This document shows positions 11,596 through 24,255 of a stretch of DNA of 64,000 bases, in pieces (position 1 is the first letter of the stretch; every line of letters starts with the position of its first letter). The position numbers and the translations under genes were made by a program. This stretch comes from Tubulanus polymorphus. Its lineage: Eukaryota; Animalia; Nemertea. The stretch is taken from the NCBI RefSeq assembly GCF_964204645.1, contig NC_134030.1, forward strand, positions 20,792,210 to 20,856,209, written 5' to 3'. Under the pieces are notes generated by a model. The model saw only the letters and a list, made by a program, of their open reading frames with translations, was not told the DNA's origin and made no database searches.

Positions 11596-11714
11596 GGCAG
11601 GGATTCGAACTTAATCGCCGAATTGCCAAGGTACAAAAACCCTACCACACTAGACCGAGCTAGGTAGTGTGGTAGGGCTTCGTGCAGTGATGCCATCAGG
11701 TTCGAATCCCTGCC
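11596..11714. mobile_element. Head-to-head inverted pair of tRNA-derived SINE heads
   Basis: Outer arms GGCAGGGATTCGAAC / GTTCGAATCCCTGCC (B-box). Inner arms CCCTACCACACTA / TAGTGTGGTAGGG. Confidence 0.65.
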
Positions 11715-13395
11715 TGGGAATAATGAGGAACCCTGTAGGTGGCGCCCTCTAGGAGCGGATTTAGAGGGGGCGCAATTGTGTCCTTCAAATTTTCATTATT
11801 AATTTCTAAACCGTAACATTCGGTCACCAGAATCCAGGAAATGCAATCTAAGAGGGGTCCGATTTAAAAGATTTCTAAAAATGTCAGTCCCCGGGCGTCA
11901 GTGGCACCCTCATCGGGAAAGCTGTGAACCTCTTGAGTTCTAAATATGATCCACCAGTGGGTCCACTTGTCAATCGGTGGCGCCCTCAGTGGGGAAATTA
12001 AGAACCTTCAGTCAATGGTGCAGTGAACCTCTAATGTCAGGAGTCTTAGTCAATGTCAATTGATCCATCAGTGGTGCCCCCTGTCTGGGAACTGAGAACC
12101 TCTTCGAGCCAAGGGAGGTTCATTTCTGATCCACCTGGCCTCGGCAGAAGACAGAGAGAAACCTGTTGTTAGTAAATCAGTGTAGTGTGTCAGTAGTGTC
12201 TGTTAGCTGGAGGAGTAAGGAGTATCAATCACTATTGCGTTCATAATTTGTGTGCGAATCAGAAGATATTTAACAAAACTGTTTCATAATCGAGTTCCAT
12301 ATGTGTATATATATATATATATACTCCAAACTACTCATCAAACTATCAGAGATTACGACAACAACATTACACACATTTATAACAACATTTAACCACTGCT
12401 GACTTAGCATAGAGATACTGACCCCTCATTGTATAGCGGACAAAATCTCATAAATTTAGATCCAAATTGAGGAAATAATTTCTTTTCTTAAATACACTAA
12501 CTTGACCCGAACATGAAGGAACCTACTTACTAGCAACTTTCAATTTGACTTATTCAGTTGGGTTAAAATTGGACTTCGAGTTAGTCCTGGTAGAGGTCTA
12601 TTTCAAGTCTATTTAGTCAAATTGTAACCCACGCTAACTCTGTGCCCAGTTTTTGAGCGCAAATTCAACTTCAAGACTTGCGATTAGCTGATATTTAATG
12701 TTTAGAAGTCAAACACTAATCTAAGATCATCGAAAATATCAAACTTTTAAACTGATAGTGGAACTAGGCTACGCAAAGATCATTGAAAATGAACTAAATT
12801 CAGTTCAGGTCAAATTTAGCGCATAAGATACCGACCGATTTCGACAATTATTGCGCCCGCTTTATAAAGTGGTCGCGCTTTCTAAAAAAAGTCAGCAGTG
12901 GTCGCGACATCCGATCGATTTAGAAAACAAAACACAAATAACGATATCGATTGTTGTTCGGTATTTTTTTTTCTTCAATTTTCTCGCTATATCATTTGAC
13001 AGCAAAACACACGTATGCATCGTAAAATCATGCGTTTATAGAGAGAGAGAGAGAGAGATAGAGGATACTCGCGAGTTTGAATATTTCGCGGTATAAAAAA
13101 TAATTTGTCATCTCCGACAATCTAATCTTCACCGCGCCCGGCATTTTTTTCATTTCTTCACATTTCGCCGGTTTTCGAAAAAAACTATATCGCTCGTGAA
13201 GCTTTTGATTACGACGGAAATTGGCGACGATTTCGAGGTGGTTAATATACACACATGGAACTGGATAGTACATCGAGTATATTACAATATTTGATAAATC
13301 ATGTTTTTTGTTTTTCGTTTACGAATCTCGTGGTAACGTTTTTTTTTTTTCGACGCGATAAAAAAATATTCTACCTTCGCGACGATTCGTGCAAC

Positions 13396-13971
13396 TGTCA
13401 ATCCGCAGCCTGGAGGAGGACCCTAGGACCTCAGGTATTCAATACACTTACGCTATTCTTCTGAGATATTTCATATCAGACATTTTATCAGAACACTTTC
13501 AAAAACTGATCATCCACACTTCACATGTGTTCAGTGCTTCACCTGAGACATTTCTAATTGAAAATGAGCTACAAACACCAGATATTAGACATTTTATCAG
13601 AACACTTTCAAAAACTGATCGTCCACACTTCACATGTGTTCAGTGCTTCACCTGAGACATTATTTAATTGAAAATGAACTACAAACACCAGATATTAGAC
13701 ATTTTATCAGAACACTTTCAAAAACTGATCGTCCACACTTCACATGTGTTCAGTGCTTCACTTGAGACATTTCTAATTGAAAATGAACTACTAACACCAG
13801 ATATTAGACATTTTATCAGCACACTTTCAAAAACTGATCACCCACACTTCACATGTGTTCAGTACTTCACTTCAGAGATTTCTTTTATGTCAATGTAAAT
13901 GAACTACAAACACCAGATATTAGACATTTTATAGCGAAAGTAAGTTGCGAGTTCCAGGCTGCAGATTGACA
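13396..13971 (+). mobile_element. TIR-bounded MITE with internal 109-bp tandem repeats
   Basis: TGTCAATCCGCAGCCTGGA ... TCCAGGCTGCAGATTGACA ends enclose ~4 copies of a 109-bp unit. Confidence 0.85.
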
Positions 13972-14137
13972 CCTGTTTATTACACCAAAAATGCGATTCA
14001 TTTCGAACCTGTATACTACATCACTACACAACTATATTTGTAACCTAATATTTACACGAAAATTAAGTCGAACGTGGTTAACAGTAAGTACATACTTACT
14101 ATTGATTTGAACAGAATAATGACCGTAGCTGTAAACC

Positions 14138-14247
14138 AGGCCCCAGTTCCACAGTCGCGAGTTAGAGTTAACTCCGAGTTAAAGTTAGTTCATTTTCAAT
14201 GAGTTAACTTTGAGTGAAACCTAACCTCAGAACTGTGGAACTGGCCA
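14138..14247. mobile_element. ~110-bp palindromic MITE copy
   Basis: CCAGTTCCACAGT...ACTGTGGAACTGG TIRs. Confidence 0.8.
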
Positions 14248-14979
14248 CAGAACCACTAGAATTTTCTACGCGATAACAATAAAATTAAAATTACGTAAGA
14301 CAATATTATTCTCGAGTTATGTACAATCGTTTGTCGAAGTCATAATCAGGCCTAAGCGAAGAAAGAAAAACTGTGAAAATTAGGCGAAAATAAAACGATG
14401 CCTTTTTTCTCCTAATCGGCTGCTGTGTCATTTTGTAAACTGGCAATGAAATTTGTAATCAGTTCATTTCTACAACTGTCGTCGGGTCTGTTATGGTTAT
14501 GACCATGATAAAAAATAGAATAAAAGAAATTTACAGGATTGATAGGCGGCCAGCCGGGTCAACGTTTAAGCTCAGCAGAAATAAGGAATCATCGAAATGA
14601 GAAGGTATCGATTTCTTTCACGTTAATTGAAACTATTCTCTAAGCCTGTTGCTATATACTTGGAATGATTTTTGTAAGCGAGTATTATAGAGATTGTACT
14701 AAAATTTTGTGAAGCGAAGTTACCAAAATTGTAAGCGTCATATGTACAGGGAAAATTGGCCAATAATTTTGAACCCCACCCGACCTTGCGTTCATAAGAA
14801 TTCGAATTATAAATCGGCCTTTATAGATATTATCGGGCTATATAAAAATACACATAATTTGTTTGTTTAATCATCATTATATTTTCTAGCGGTGAGCAGG
14901 TTTTTTTTCAATCATTTCATGATTCAGTGAAGAAAATTCTGCTTTGTACCAGCTTTGAACAGTCGATATCTAATTATCA

Positions 14980-15092
14980 GGACCCAGTTCCACAGTTGCG
15001 AGTTAGAGTTAACTCAAAAGAGTTAAAATTAGTTCATTTTCAATGAGTCAACTCAGGGTCAAATCTTAACTCCGAACTGTGGAACTGGACCC
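14980..15092. mobile_element. ~110-bp palindromic MITE copy
   Basis: CCAGTTCCACAGTT...AACTGTGGAACTGG TIRs. Confidence 0.8.
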
Positions 15093-15952
15093 TGGATTCT
15101 ACCATACAAACATGGCTGAATCCATCATCCCCCCAATGACATCAACAAATTACCTACACTATCAATAATTCAATATTCAGAACCTTCGATAGAGCTTTCA
15201 AAATGCTCTCGATGACATCATCAAATTGCTACTGATAAAATCTTCGAGATGACAAAGCCGAAGACATCCGCAAAATAGTAGTCACTTTGATGATGTCATA
15301 GGGTGATTTCCGGACGACTTATGAACACAATAGTGATATACGAACGATACTCTCCTCCAGCGCTAGAAATTTACACGCGTCATCTTAAAAATGAGACTTT
15401 AAACATTAAATGCAACATCTGAAATTACGAACACAAAACGACCGCCGCATGAAACTCGGTCAATTCGATTAATCTCACGCGCGCCGTGAACAATTCTAGC
15501 CGTCCGCTAACTCTGGGCACGCGTCGCCATTCGAGAATTTCCATTTCGCCCAATTCTCAATCGTTTGTCAACTCTTCGAATGGATGTATACGCGACCGAA
15601 CCGTTTTACCGTGTGTACCCCGCGGTGCCGCGTATTAATCTACCCCCTTAAATTGCGCCTACCCAACCGTGCGATGTATGACATGATTCGTCGATCTCAA
15701 CTGAAAGATGGCAGCACCCGTCAAACATTGTAAATATAAGCGACTAACCACATGTCTTACTACAGGTTATGTGATACACCGCACTGAGGGAAAACTTAAT
15801 ATATAAGATAGCAGTAACCCGTTAAAAACGTAGTCCTACAACATCTGACTAATTTTCCAAATATCTTGTAGAATTTTCTACAGCACCTTCGGAAAAGAAT
15901 TTGTCAATGCTGACAGTATGATTTCAAATCAACCGAGATGATTATCCCTGAT

Positions 15953-16186
15953 TAACCCTTTCAGTGCTGATGCTGGAGATATTTAAAGATTTAAAAAAAA
16001 TTCCGCTCTAGTGTCCAAAAACGGGCATTGTGCAGTCGTGTATCGTAAGTTACTGTTAGACAGGTGCTGCCATCTTTCAATAGAGATAAGAAATGATAAC
16101 TTTAATACACCGCAATGCAGTGTACTATAGCAAAGTCCATCACCGATGTATACACCGCACCGCGGGGTAGATGCATTGAAAGGTTT
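15953..16186 (-). mobile_element. Diverged TTAA/piggyBac-like MITE copy in zinc-finger gene 3' UTR
   Basis: TTAACCCTTTCAGTGC end. Internal sequence is the reverse complement of the 37907 element. Confidence 0.7.
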
Positions 16187-16203
16187 AGGCCGATCGCTGG
16201 CAT

Positions 16204-19200
16204 TTAATCCGGGGAATTATCGGTGTGAGCTAAACTGATAATGCTATCCATCACTTCGTCCATGTGTTGCTCTAGAACGGACGGCCGGGCGGACGAGGCC
16301 GACGAACTGGCGGCGGCGGGGGTATCACCGGTATCCGCGTTGCTGTATCGATGCGTGTGCGGGTTCGTGCGCATGTGCACGTTCATACCGCATTCGCTCG
16401 GCGACTGAAACAAACACCCGTCGATCGGGCACAGGTAAAACGTGGCGGCGCCGTCCGGACCGCCGCCGTGCGCGAATATCATCAAGTCCGTTTCGGTCGG
16501 GTGGTGGAGCTGCATGTGGCGTTTCGCTTTGGCGATGTTCGCGTGGTTCAGTTCGTTCATCGTTTCGAGCTTGTCGCAGTAGAAACAACTGTACTGGCGC
16601 TTCTCGGCGTCGCCGCCGCCGCCGCCCGTGTCATCGACTACGGGTACGACCTCGAGCTCCGCAGTCGAATCGGCGCGCGCAAACTTCGGCACCGGCGCCA
16701 ACGAGCACATGCTCACGTGCGTCTCCATCGCGGCGACGTCCGTGTTGAAATACGCGCACTCGACGCGTTTGCATATGAACACGCGCGCCGGTTGACGGTT
16801 GGCGCGCGCGCGGATGTTCCACGCGATCACGTAGTTGGACGTCTCGGCGGCGGTCGCGTGCGCCGCGAGGCAGTGCGCGCGCACGTCGGCCGTGCGCAGG
16901 AACCGCTGGTTGCAGCTGAAACACTGCAGCATCCCGGGGAAGTAGTCGTCGGTCTGGTCGGCCGAGCGATGAGCCACGGCGTACGGCGGCGCGTTCGATA
17001 TGCGCGCCGCTCGTTTACTTTTGCGACTGCGTTTACGGAATCCCGACGTCGCCGAGTCATCGGTAACTAGGTCGGACTCGTTACCGGCATTCTCGTTGTA
17101 GTTGATGCGTTTACGCCGGCGCAGACTCCGCGAGCCCGGAGACGTCGATAAAGCGCCCTCTAGATCTAAGTCTTCATCGTTGCGGTTGATCGCGTCGTCG
17201 TCCCGTGACGAATCCGCGACGACTCGAGGCGTGACTGACGACTCCGCGATGACTTCACGCGCCGACGACGAAGACTCCTTGATGGCCCGATCGACGATCG
17301 CTCGGTCGAGAACTACACGCGCGACCGCTTTCCCGACAGCGCCACTTTCGTCCGTCTGCGACGACGCGACTAAATCCTCGTCGTTTTCCTCTAAATCATC
17401 GCCGCTATCAGGATTAACGTCATCATCCCTCTCATCATCGACGGTTTCCCCGTCGTCGTCGGCTACGGCTTCGTATTTCACGTGCCGCGGATGACGCGTG
17501 TAATGCTGCTCGAGACCGGTCGCGAACACGTACAACGCCGGACATTTCGGATGCGCGCACAGATAGCAGAGTTTGCGACGTTTTTGCGACTCGGCGCGAC
17601 AGTCGACGACCACGAGCGGTTTACCGGGCGCGCATCGTTTCAAGTGTTCTTTAATCGCCGGCAAACTGTCGCCGGTGAACGCCGAGCCGTTCGGACAGTA
17701 CGAACACCGGTATTTCACAGTCCGGTCGACAGACGCCGTCTTTTTATGTTTCGCGCGACGCATGATCGTCACCTTGTACCGCGTCGACTCGACCGACGTT
17801 TCGCAACAATCGTCGTCGACCGGCGGCGGGTGCGCGTACGCCAGGTGGTCGCCGTGTACGCGATAGTGATCGTTCATCTGGTCCTCGTCGCGCGTTGCCA
17901 CCGCGCAGTCCGGATGCCGGCAAATGTAGACGATCTTACGACGTTTCAGCTGCTCCTGACGCAGATCGACGACGAAGAACGACTTCGTGTCCGGGTGTTT
18001 CTCGATCAGGTGGCGCTTCTGCACGGCGAGGTCCGGGTTGCCGTAGCAACATATCTGACACTCGTACATCACGGGACTGCGATGGACGATCTCTTTCTCC
18101 GCGCCGCCGCCGTTTTCATCGTCGCCGTCCTCCTTCTCGTAGTCGTATTCCTCCTCGTCGAAGTCCAACTCGATGTCGGTTACGACTAAATCGCGGTCGG
18201 GATGCTCGAGTCGGACGTGGCTGGCGACGCGGCTACGTTTGCTCGACTCGTAGCTACAATACGGACAGCCGAACCGCTGCGCGCCGAGGTGTATGTTGAT
18301 CAGGTGTTTCAGAATGGACGTCTTGTCGTGCGCGTTGTACTTGCACCGGCGGCACATGTACACTTTCGCCGAATCGCCGCCGGCGCCCGAGTCCTCGCGC
18401 GTGATTTTAATCACGACGTTCGGATCGAGTTTACGCGAGCCGACCGTCAACACGCGACACTGCGCCGGGCCCGACGCGGCGTCGCGCTCCTTCAACCGTT
18501 GCTGCACGATCTCGTAGTCGTCGAGCGGTTCCTCCTTGACGACGACGGCCGGCGTCGGAGCGGTCGTCACCGATATGACTTCGCTCGCCGTCACGACCGT
18601 CGGAGCCGGTGCCGGAGCGTTCTTCTCCATTATGATGCGACCGTTACGGAAACGAGGCACGTACGCCACCTGTCGACCGGCTGACTGGTCGACGCCGCCG
18701 CTGATAATCGCGCGCATCATTAACGCCGGACTAGCCGTTGTGGTCGACTGCGCGACCGGACTAGCGATCGTAATCGGCGCGCATAGTCCGGCGGTGCGTA
18801 TCGAGGGACCTACGGCGCCGGCTGGAGCGCGCATCACGGTGCGATCACCAGGTGGCGCCGCCGAGCTACGCTGCGTGAATATCTGCGAGTTCGACGAGTT
18901 GAGTAGTATGGGTATCGCACCGGGACTGTTCGCCGGTGGAGTCCCCGCGACGAAGCAATAGCGAATCTGTCCTTTATTCGCCGAGTTCGGTATCGGTAGC
19001 AAGTAACCCTTATTCGCCGGCGAATTAGCCGTCGACGGGGCGTTGAACGTCGACGGCGCGTTGAAGGTCGACGGCGCGTTGAAGGTCGACGGCGCTACGC
19101 TCGGATTCAACGCGCAGTTGATCCGCGTCGTTGCGGTCGTCGCGGCGACTCCTGGCGAACGCACCATCAGTATCTGTTTATTGCCGGCGCTCGTCAGGTT

Positions 19201-22200
19201 GAACTGCTGCGGAGAAACGATACGCAGTATCGGAGATTGAGTCGAGGATGGCACGGACGGTTTCGGCATCGAGACGATCGACGTTAGTCCCGTGCTCATG
19301 CATCTAGTCGTCGTAGTGACCGCACCGGCGCCGCTGCTAGTCATTCGCAACGCGTCCATCGGGCTAGCGGTGGTCGTCGATCTAGTTGCCGCCGGCGGAA
19401 CGACCGTGCGTATAGTCACCGCGGCGGTCTGAGTGGTCGTAGCGGGCACCGCAGCACGCGTCGGTTGAGGGTTCGAAGCGCCGTCGCAGTGGAACGCACG
19501 TTCGTCGACCGGCAATATCGACTGGTTCAAATCGCCGTGACGACGCTGACAATGCGCCTCGACGTTCGAGTAGTGGTCGGACACGTGGTCGCACAGGCCG
19601 CACCGGAAAAACATGAAGTTCTGCGTCAACATCGACACGGAGTCGTACGCGCGTTTGCACCGCGGAACCGGGTCGACGCGATAAACGACCGGTTTCGCGT
19701 CGGCGATGTCGACGACGAGCTTACGCGAATTCGAGTGCCGCATGTTCGCGTGTCGCATCACCGACGACGGCGCTGCGGCGACGAACTCGCACTGACTGCA
19801 GCGCCATCTATTAGCCGTCGATGGCGTTAAACCGGCGTCGTCGCGCAGGTCGTCGGGCACGTCCAATTCTTTGCGCAGGATCTCGTGCGTCGCGTCGGTC
19901 GCGTTGAAAAGGCGCGCGTCGACCGGCGACTCGGCGTCGAGGTAGTGGCCGGCGAGGTCGACGTCCTCGCAGCTGATGTGCACATCGTAGCACCGGTTCA
20001 ACGCGGCGACCAACCACGCCGACAGCTTCTTATAGCAGATGATCAAACGCGTGTTCAACGCGCTGCGCGAGTGTTTCACGTTCATGTGGCCGATCATCGT
20101 CGACAGGTAGCGCGTTTTGAAGACATCGCCGCGTCCCTGATAGCGACAGTTGCTGCACTCCCACAATTTGCCGACGCCGCGATGCGTGAAAACGTGCCGT
20201 TCGATCAGAGTCCGTTCGACCGCGCGAAAGCTGCAGTAATAGCAGAAATAACGACACGCGCCGACGGTCGCCGCGTCGGCGAGCGCCGACGACGGGTCCA
20301 CCAGCTTACGCAGCTCGAACAAATCGGCGTTCGTGTAATGGTACTCGGGCGACGACGCAACGCCGTCCGGTTTCCGAGCGTCCAATACGAGCAGCATGTG
20401 GCTGTCGAATCCGACGCCGTGCGCCGACTGGTGGTGCGCCAACAACGCTTTACGCGTCAACGCCTGGTAGCGACATTTCGTGCAGAGGAACACGTGGTTC
20501 ATCGTGTGTTCGACGAATTTCGCCTTGCTCGACGTCGAGTAGTTGCAGTGGTTGCACATGAACAACGCGACGTCCTTGGCGCGGCCGCCGCGCCACAACG
20601 TCGGCACCTTCTGCACGAAGCCGCACAGCCGCGACGCGTTCACCTTCGTTTGCAGCTCGTCCTGAACGACGAGCAGGTTCAAGTTGACCGTTAGGTTCGC
20701 GTTCGGCGCCGCGCTTGCGTCGATTGTGCGCCCCGTGTCGTGATCCGCCTCGCGCGTCGACGGCGCCTGCTTCTCAAAATGCTCGACAGGCGGCGTCACG
20801 ACAGGGTCGAGGTCGTTGTTTAACAACGCGTCGTCGGCGAGGCTACAAACGCTTTCGATTTGTATGAACTGATCATCATCATCGTCATCATCATCCACTT
20901 CATTGTTATTCCGATAATCCGAATTCGTAGACAAATCGATCTTATCCTCGTTCTTCTTCTCTTCGTCTCTCTTATTCTCGTCCTCGTCGCTCGTCTTCGA
21001 CGGAACGTGCGCGATCGAGCGAACCGAATCGATCGAGATATCGTTCTCCGTTGCGCTTTCAATTATTTCCACGTCCGCGCTATCCGTTTCCATGGCGACG
21101 TTTGCGCTCTCGGCAACGTCACCGGTTTCTATAGCGATGACATCCGCGTCGTCGGTTACTATAGTTACGTCGTCGTCATCATTAACCGACTCCGTATCCA
21201 TAGCGACGACTTCGTCAGTCTCAGTTTCTATAGCAACGATATCCGCATCGGCGCCAGTATCGTTATCGATAGCGACGCAGTCTGTTTCTATGGCGACAAT
21301 ATCCGTATCGGTTTCTATAGCGACTACATCGGCATCTGTTTCATCATTCGTTTCTATGGCGACATCGGTACTACGCTCGGTAACCACCACAACCGGATCC
21401 TTTTCTGAAGCACCAACGTTCGTTTCTATAGCGACAACATCCGTATCCGAGTCGTTATTTGTTTCTAAAGCAACGACATCCGCGTCGGTTTCTATGGCGA
21501 TGAGATTATCGTCAGTTTCCTGGGTAACGTTATCGGTCTCTATAGAGATATCATCGGCATCACAATTCGTTTCTATAGCAACAACATCTGTATCCTTTTC
21601 TATAGCAACACGATCAGTTTCTATAGCAACATTGTCTTCATTTTTAGCAACATCATCGGAAACGTGTGCTGTATCCGTATTGGTATCCATAGCGACTACA
21701 TCGTCGTCGGTTTCGCTGACCTTCGGGTCATCGGTCGCTGTAGCAACGACCTTCGTATCGTTGTCATTGGTTTCTTTAGCAACGGAATTCTGGTCGCGTT
21801 CTCGTAGCGTTTTCACGTCGGTTATAACGCACGTTACATCATCACTTTCATCATCGTCCTCATTCAAGCCCACCTCCACTTTCTGCTCAGCGACTGACGA
21901 ATTCAGATTTTCGTCGACATTTTCATCGGCATTTTCATCTTCTTCATCAGCATTTTCATCTTTTTCATCGGCATTTTCATCTTTTCCATCGGCATTTTCA
22001 CATTTTTCGCCAGCATATTCACATTTTTCGTCGGCATTTCCATCTTTTTCGTCGGCATTTTCATCTTTTTCGTCCATGTTTTCCGTAATCTCCTCGTTCC
22101 CGCGTAACGACACGACACTATCCAACCGGATCTCCGGAAACTTCGACGAACTTTCTGCGACCGGCGGCGCCCCCTCGCCTGAACTACTACTACCGCTGCG

Positions 22201-23846
22201 GTCGGAACCTGCCGCGATCGTCTGATCTTCGCGTGGACCAGCTTTCGCACGAGCAGTACTGTCACATTTCGCGATATCGTCCGTTCCTTTCAGGTATTTG
22301 CCGAGACGCGTTATTTCCTTTTCGGAATGTCGGTCTCCATTTTCGATCGAAGCTACGTATTTAGCAAAGGCGTCATCTTTGGAGGTCGGATCCGCGCGAC
22401 TGCTGCTGTTAGCGATAAGCCTCGCGTCGTCTTCTTCCGTCCTCGTCTCCGTCAAGCTATCGACCGCGTCGATCGAGTGTTCGAACCGGTCCTCGCGAGT
22501 GTCGCTCCCGCTCGGCCCTACAAGTGAAAAACATCGAATTCAATGCTCGACAGTACGACAAAATTTGCAAGCGTTCTCAATTCGTGTTCGCAAGTCGAAT
22601 TCTAAATCATGGCTGCTGAAGTAGCAAGGCTTTCAATCCCCCAAATATACGAAAAATTCAAATTAAAAAAATTAATTCAAATGAGCTTTCGTGTAATCTT
22701 CTTTCATTTTTACGTCAGCTCAATTATATATTTCAAAGCGATGAGCAGCATTGATAGAATATCAACATTCACTAAGGTAGGCGCAGAAGATATCTTACAA
22801 GGGGCGCCTGATTTTCAGAGGGATGGCTGTCCATCTAAACCTGTTAAGGCTAAAAAAAATTGATACCTTGTTTCTCCGCTCTGCTGAGCTTAAATGTTGA
22901 CCCGGCCGGCCGCCTATCTACCCTATACATTACTTTTTTTTTAAATCGTGATCAATTTTACCATAACAGACGAAGAAATGAACTGTTTACAAATTTTATC
23001 ATATTTTACAAAAATGACCCGGCCGCTGCGGAGAAACAAGGTATTATTTTTTTTTTCGCCTAATGCGGGGATATTGTAATGTTTTTATCTTAAAGCATTT
23101 GACTTCCAAACCGTCGGAACTCAGGTCACGTATCAACATATTGCTTTTCGCTTCACCAAAAATCTATACCACGACATTCCGATATCACATATGCTGGTTA
23201 TTCATTCGGTTTCTCGTCATCCCAAAATATACGAACCTGTTCAGTGCCGACTAATTCGTACCCTTAAAGTGCTGCAAATAATTCGATAAGTTCAAATAAC
23301 TGCTCGTTAGTTACAAAAATTCCGCCGTGCTGCCATCTTCCATTTGAGATAAAAACTAATAATAAACCATCAAAACACCACGCAGAAAGTGCTGATCAAT
23401 TTATAACATGTCGTTGCTTTATGAAATAAATCGATTGATGTGAACATTTACATTTTTCGGAATTAAAGCTAGCCACCAGTCAGCCATCTTGAAAGCAAAA
23501 TAACCTCCAAATAAAATAGTGTTCATCTTCATGCATAATTACCATAAAGATTTAAGGATTCTCGACATGGTATCCGAGTTGTCGCGGTACAGCCAAAATC
23601 ATATTTAATTCCCCAACACCCCGGACGTTGTCCAGGGGATATGAAAGATAAAATAAACTCACCAGAATCAGGACTTTTTTCATCGCTGTCTTTTTGATTT
23701 CCGTTACATTTCGCTTCGAAGCAATCGTCTTTATCGGATGACGCCGGCTTTATATCAGATGGTGTTGGAGAAGTTAGTTCCCACCACCTCGGCACCTGAC
23801 TGGTAGCTGCTGCTGCTGCTGCTGGCGGTGCCTCTGACTGACTCAT
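16204..23846 (-). CDS. Large multi-C2H2 zinc-finger protein (~2165 aa, ~16 fingers, acidic repetitive N-terminus)
   Basis: Exon 23846-23663 (MSQSEAPP...SPDS, donor G|GTGAGT) splices in phase 1 to a 6314-nt exon 22517-16204, in frame with the 2083-aa ORF. Dispersed CxxC..HxxxxH fingers, e.g. FGCPYCSYESSKRSRVASHVRLEH. Confidence 0.9.
21086..21783. repeat. Intragenic array of ~20 14-bp X-box-like palindromes encoding VAIET/VAMET
   Basis: GTTTCTATAGCAAC at 21224, 21569, 21617; GTTTCCATGGCGAC at 21086; GTTTCCTGGGTAAC at 21515, among others. Confidence 0.85.
21915..22078 (-). repeat. 21-bp coding minisatellite (ENADEKD heptad)
   Basis: DEKDENADEKDGNADEKCEYAGEKCENADGKDENADEKDENADEE in the ORF. Confidence 0.85.
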
Positions 23847-23935
23847 GTGGCCTTTCTACTACCATTCAAACCTACACGACAAAACTGGTACAAAAAGGTC
23901 AAATAAAAAAAATTCCCCAATTCATGATGATGTAT

Positions 23936-24255
23936 GATGGATCCTCACTTGCCACAAGTGGAATTCGTTATAGTAGCAGTTGATGTCCTATTGCACACTA
24001 GCGACACCTGGTGGATCCTTTATTGCTACAAGTGAAATCCCCTATTACCACAATATAAGATGATGTCCCACCTCATACTAGCGACACCTGGAGGATCCTC
24101 ACTTGCCACAAGTGGAATTCTCTAATGCTGCAGTTGATATCCTACTGCACACTAGCGACACCTGGTGAATCATCACAAAAAGTGGACTCCTTTGTTGCCG
24201 CAGTAGTTGATGTCCTACTGCACACTAGCGACACCTGTTGGATACTCACTTACCA
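23936..24255 (-). repeat. 77/78-bp CTCF-motif satellite, ~4 copies
   Basis: CACTAGCGACACCTGGTGGATCC units in the intron upstream of the first coding exon. Confidence 0.9.

Noticed and set aside
13389-13898. Recurring ORFs MKMNYKHQILDIL... (also 26955, 33716, 59770) and [11 protein letters not shown]... (10152-10625)
   Set aside because: Translations of 109-bp and 77-bp tandem repeats, not genes.
16325-22624. Long overlapping ORFs on the opposite strand and other frames of the zinc-finger exon (and of the IRF exon)
   Set aside because: Expected shadows of GC-rich or repetitive coding sequence, with no recognisable domains or splice support.
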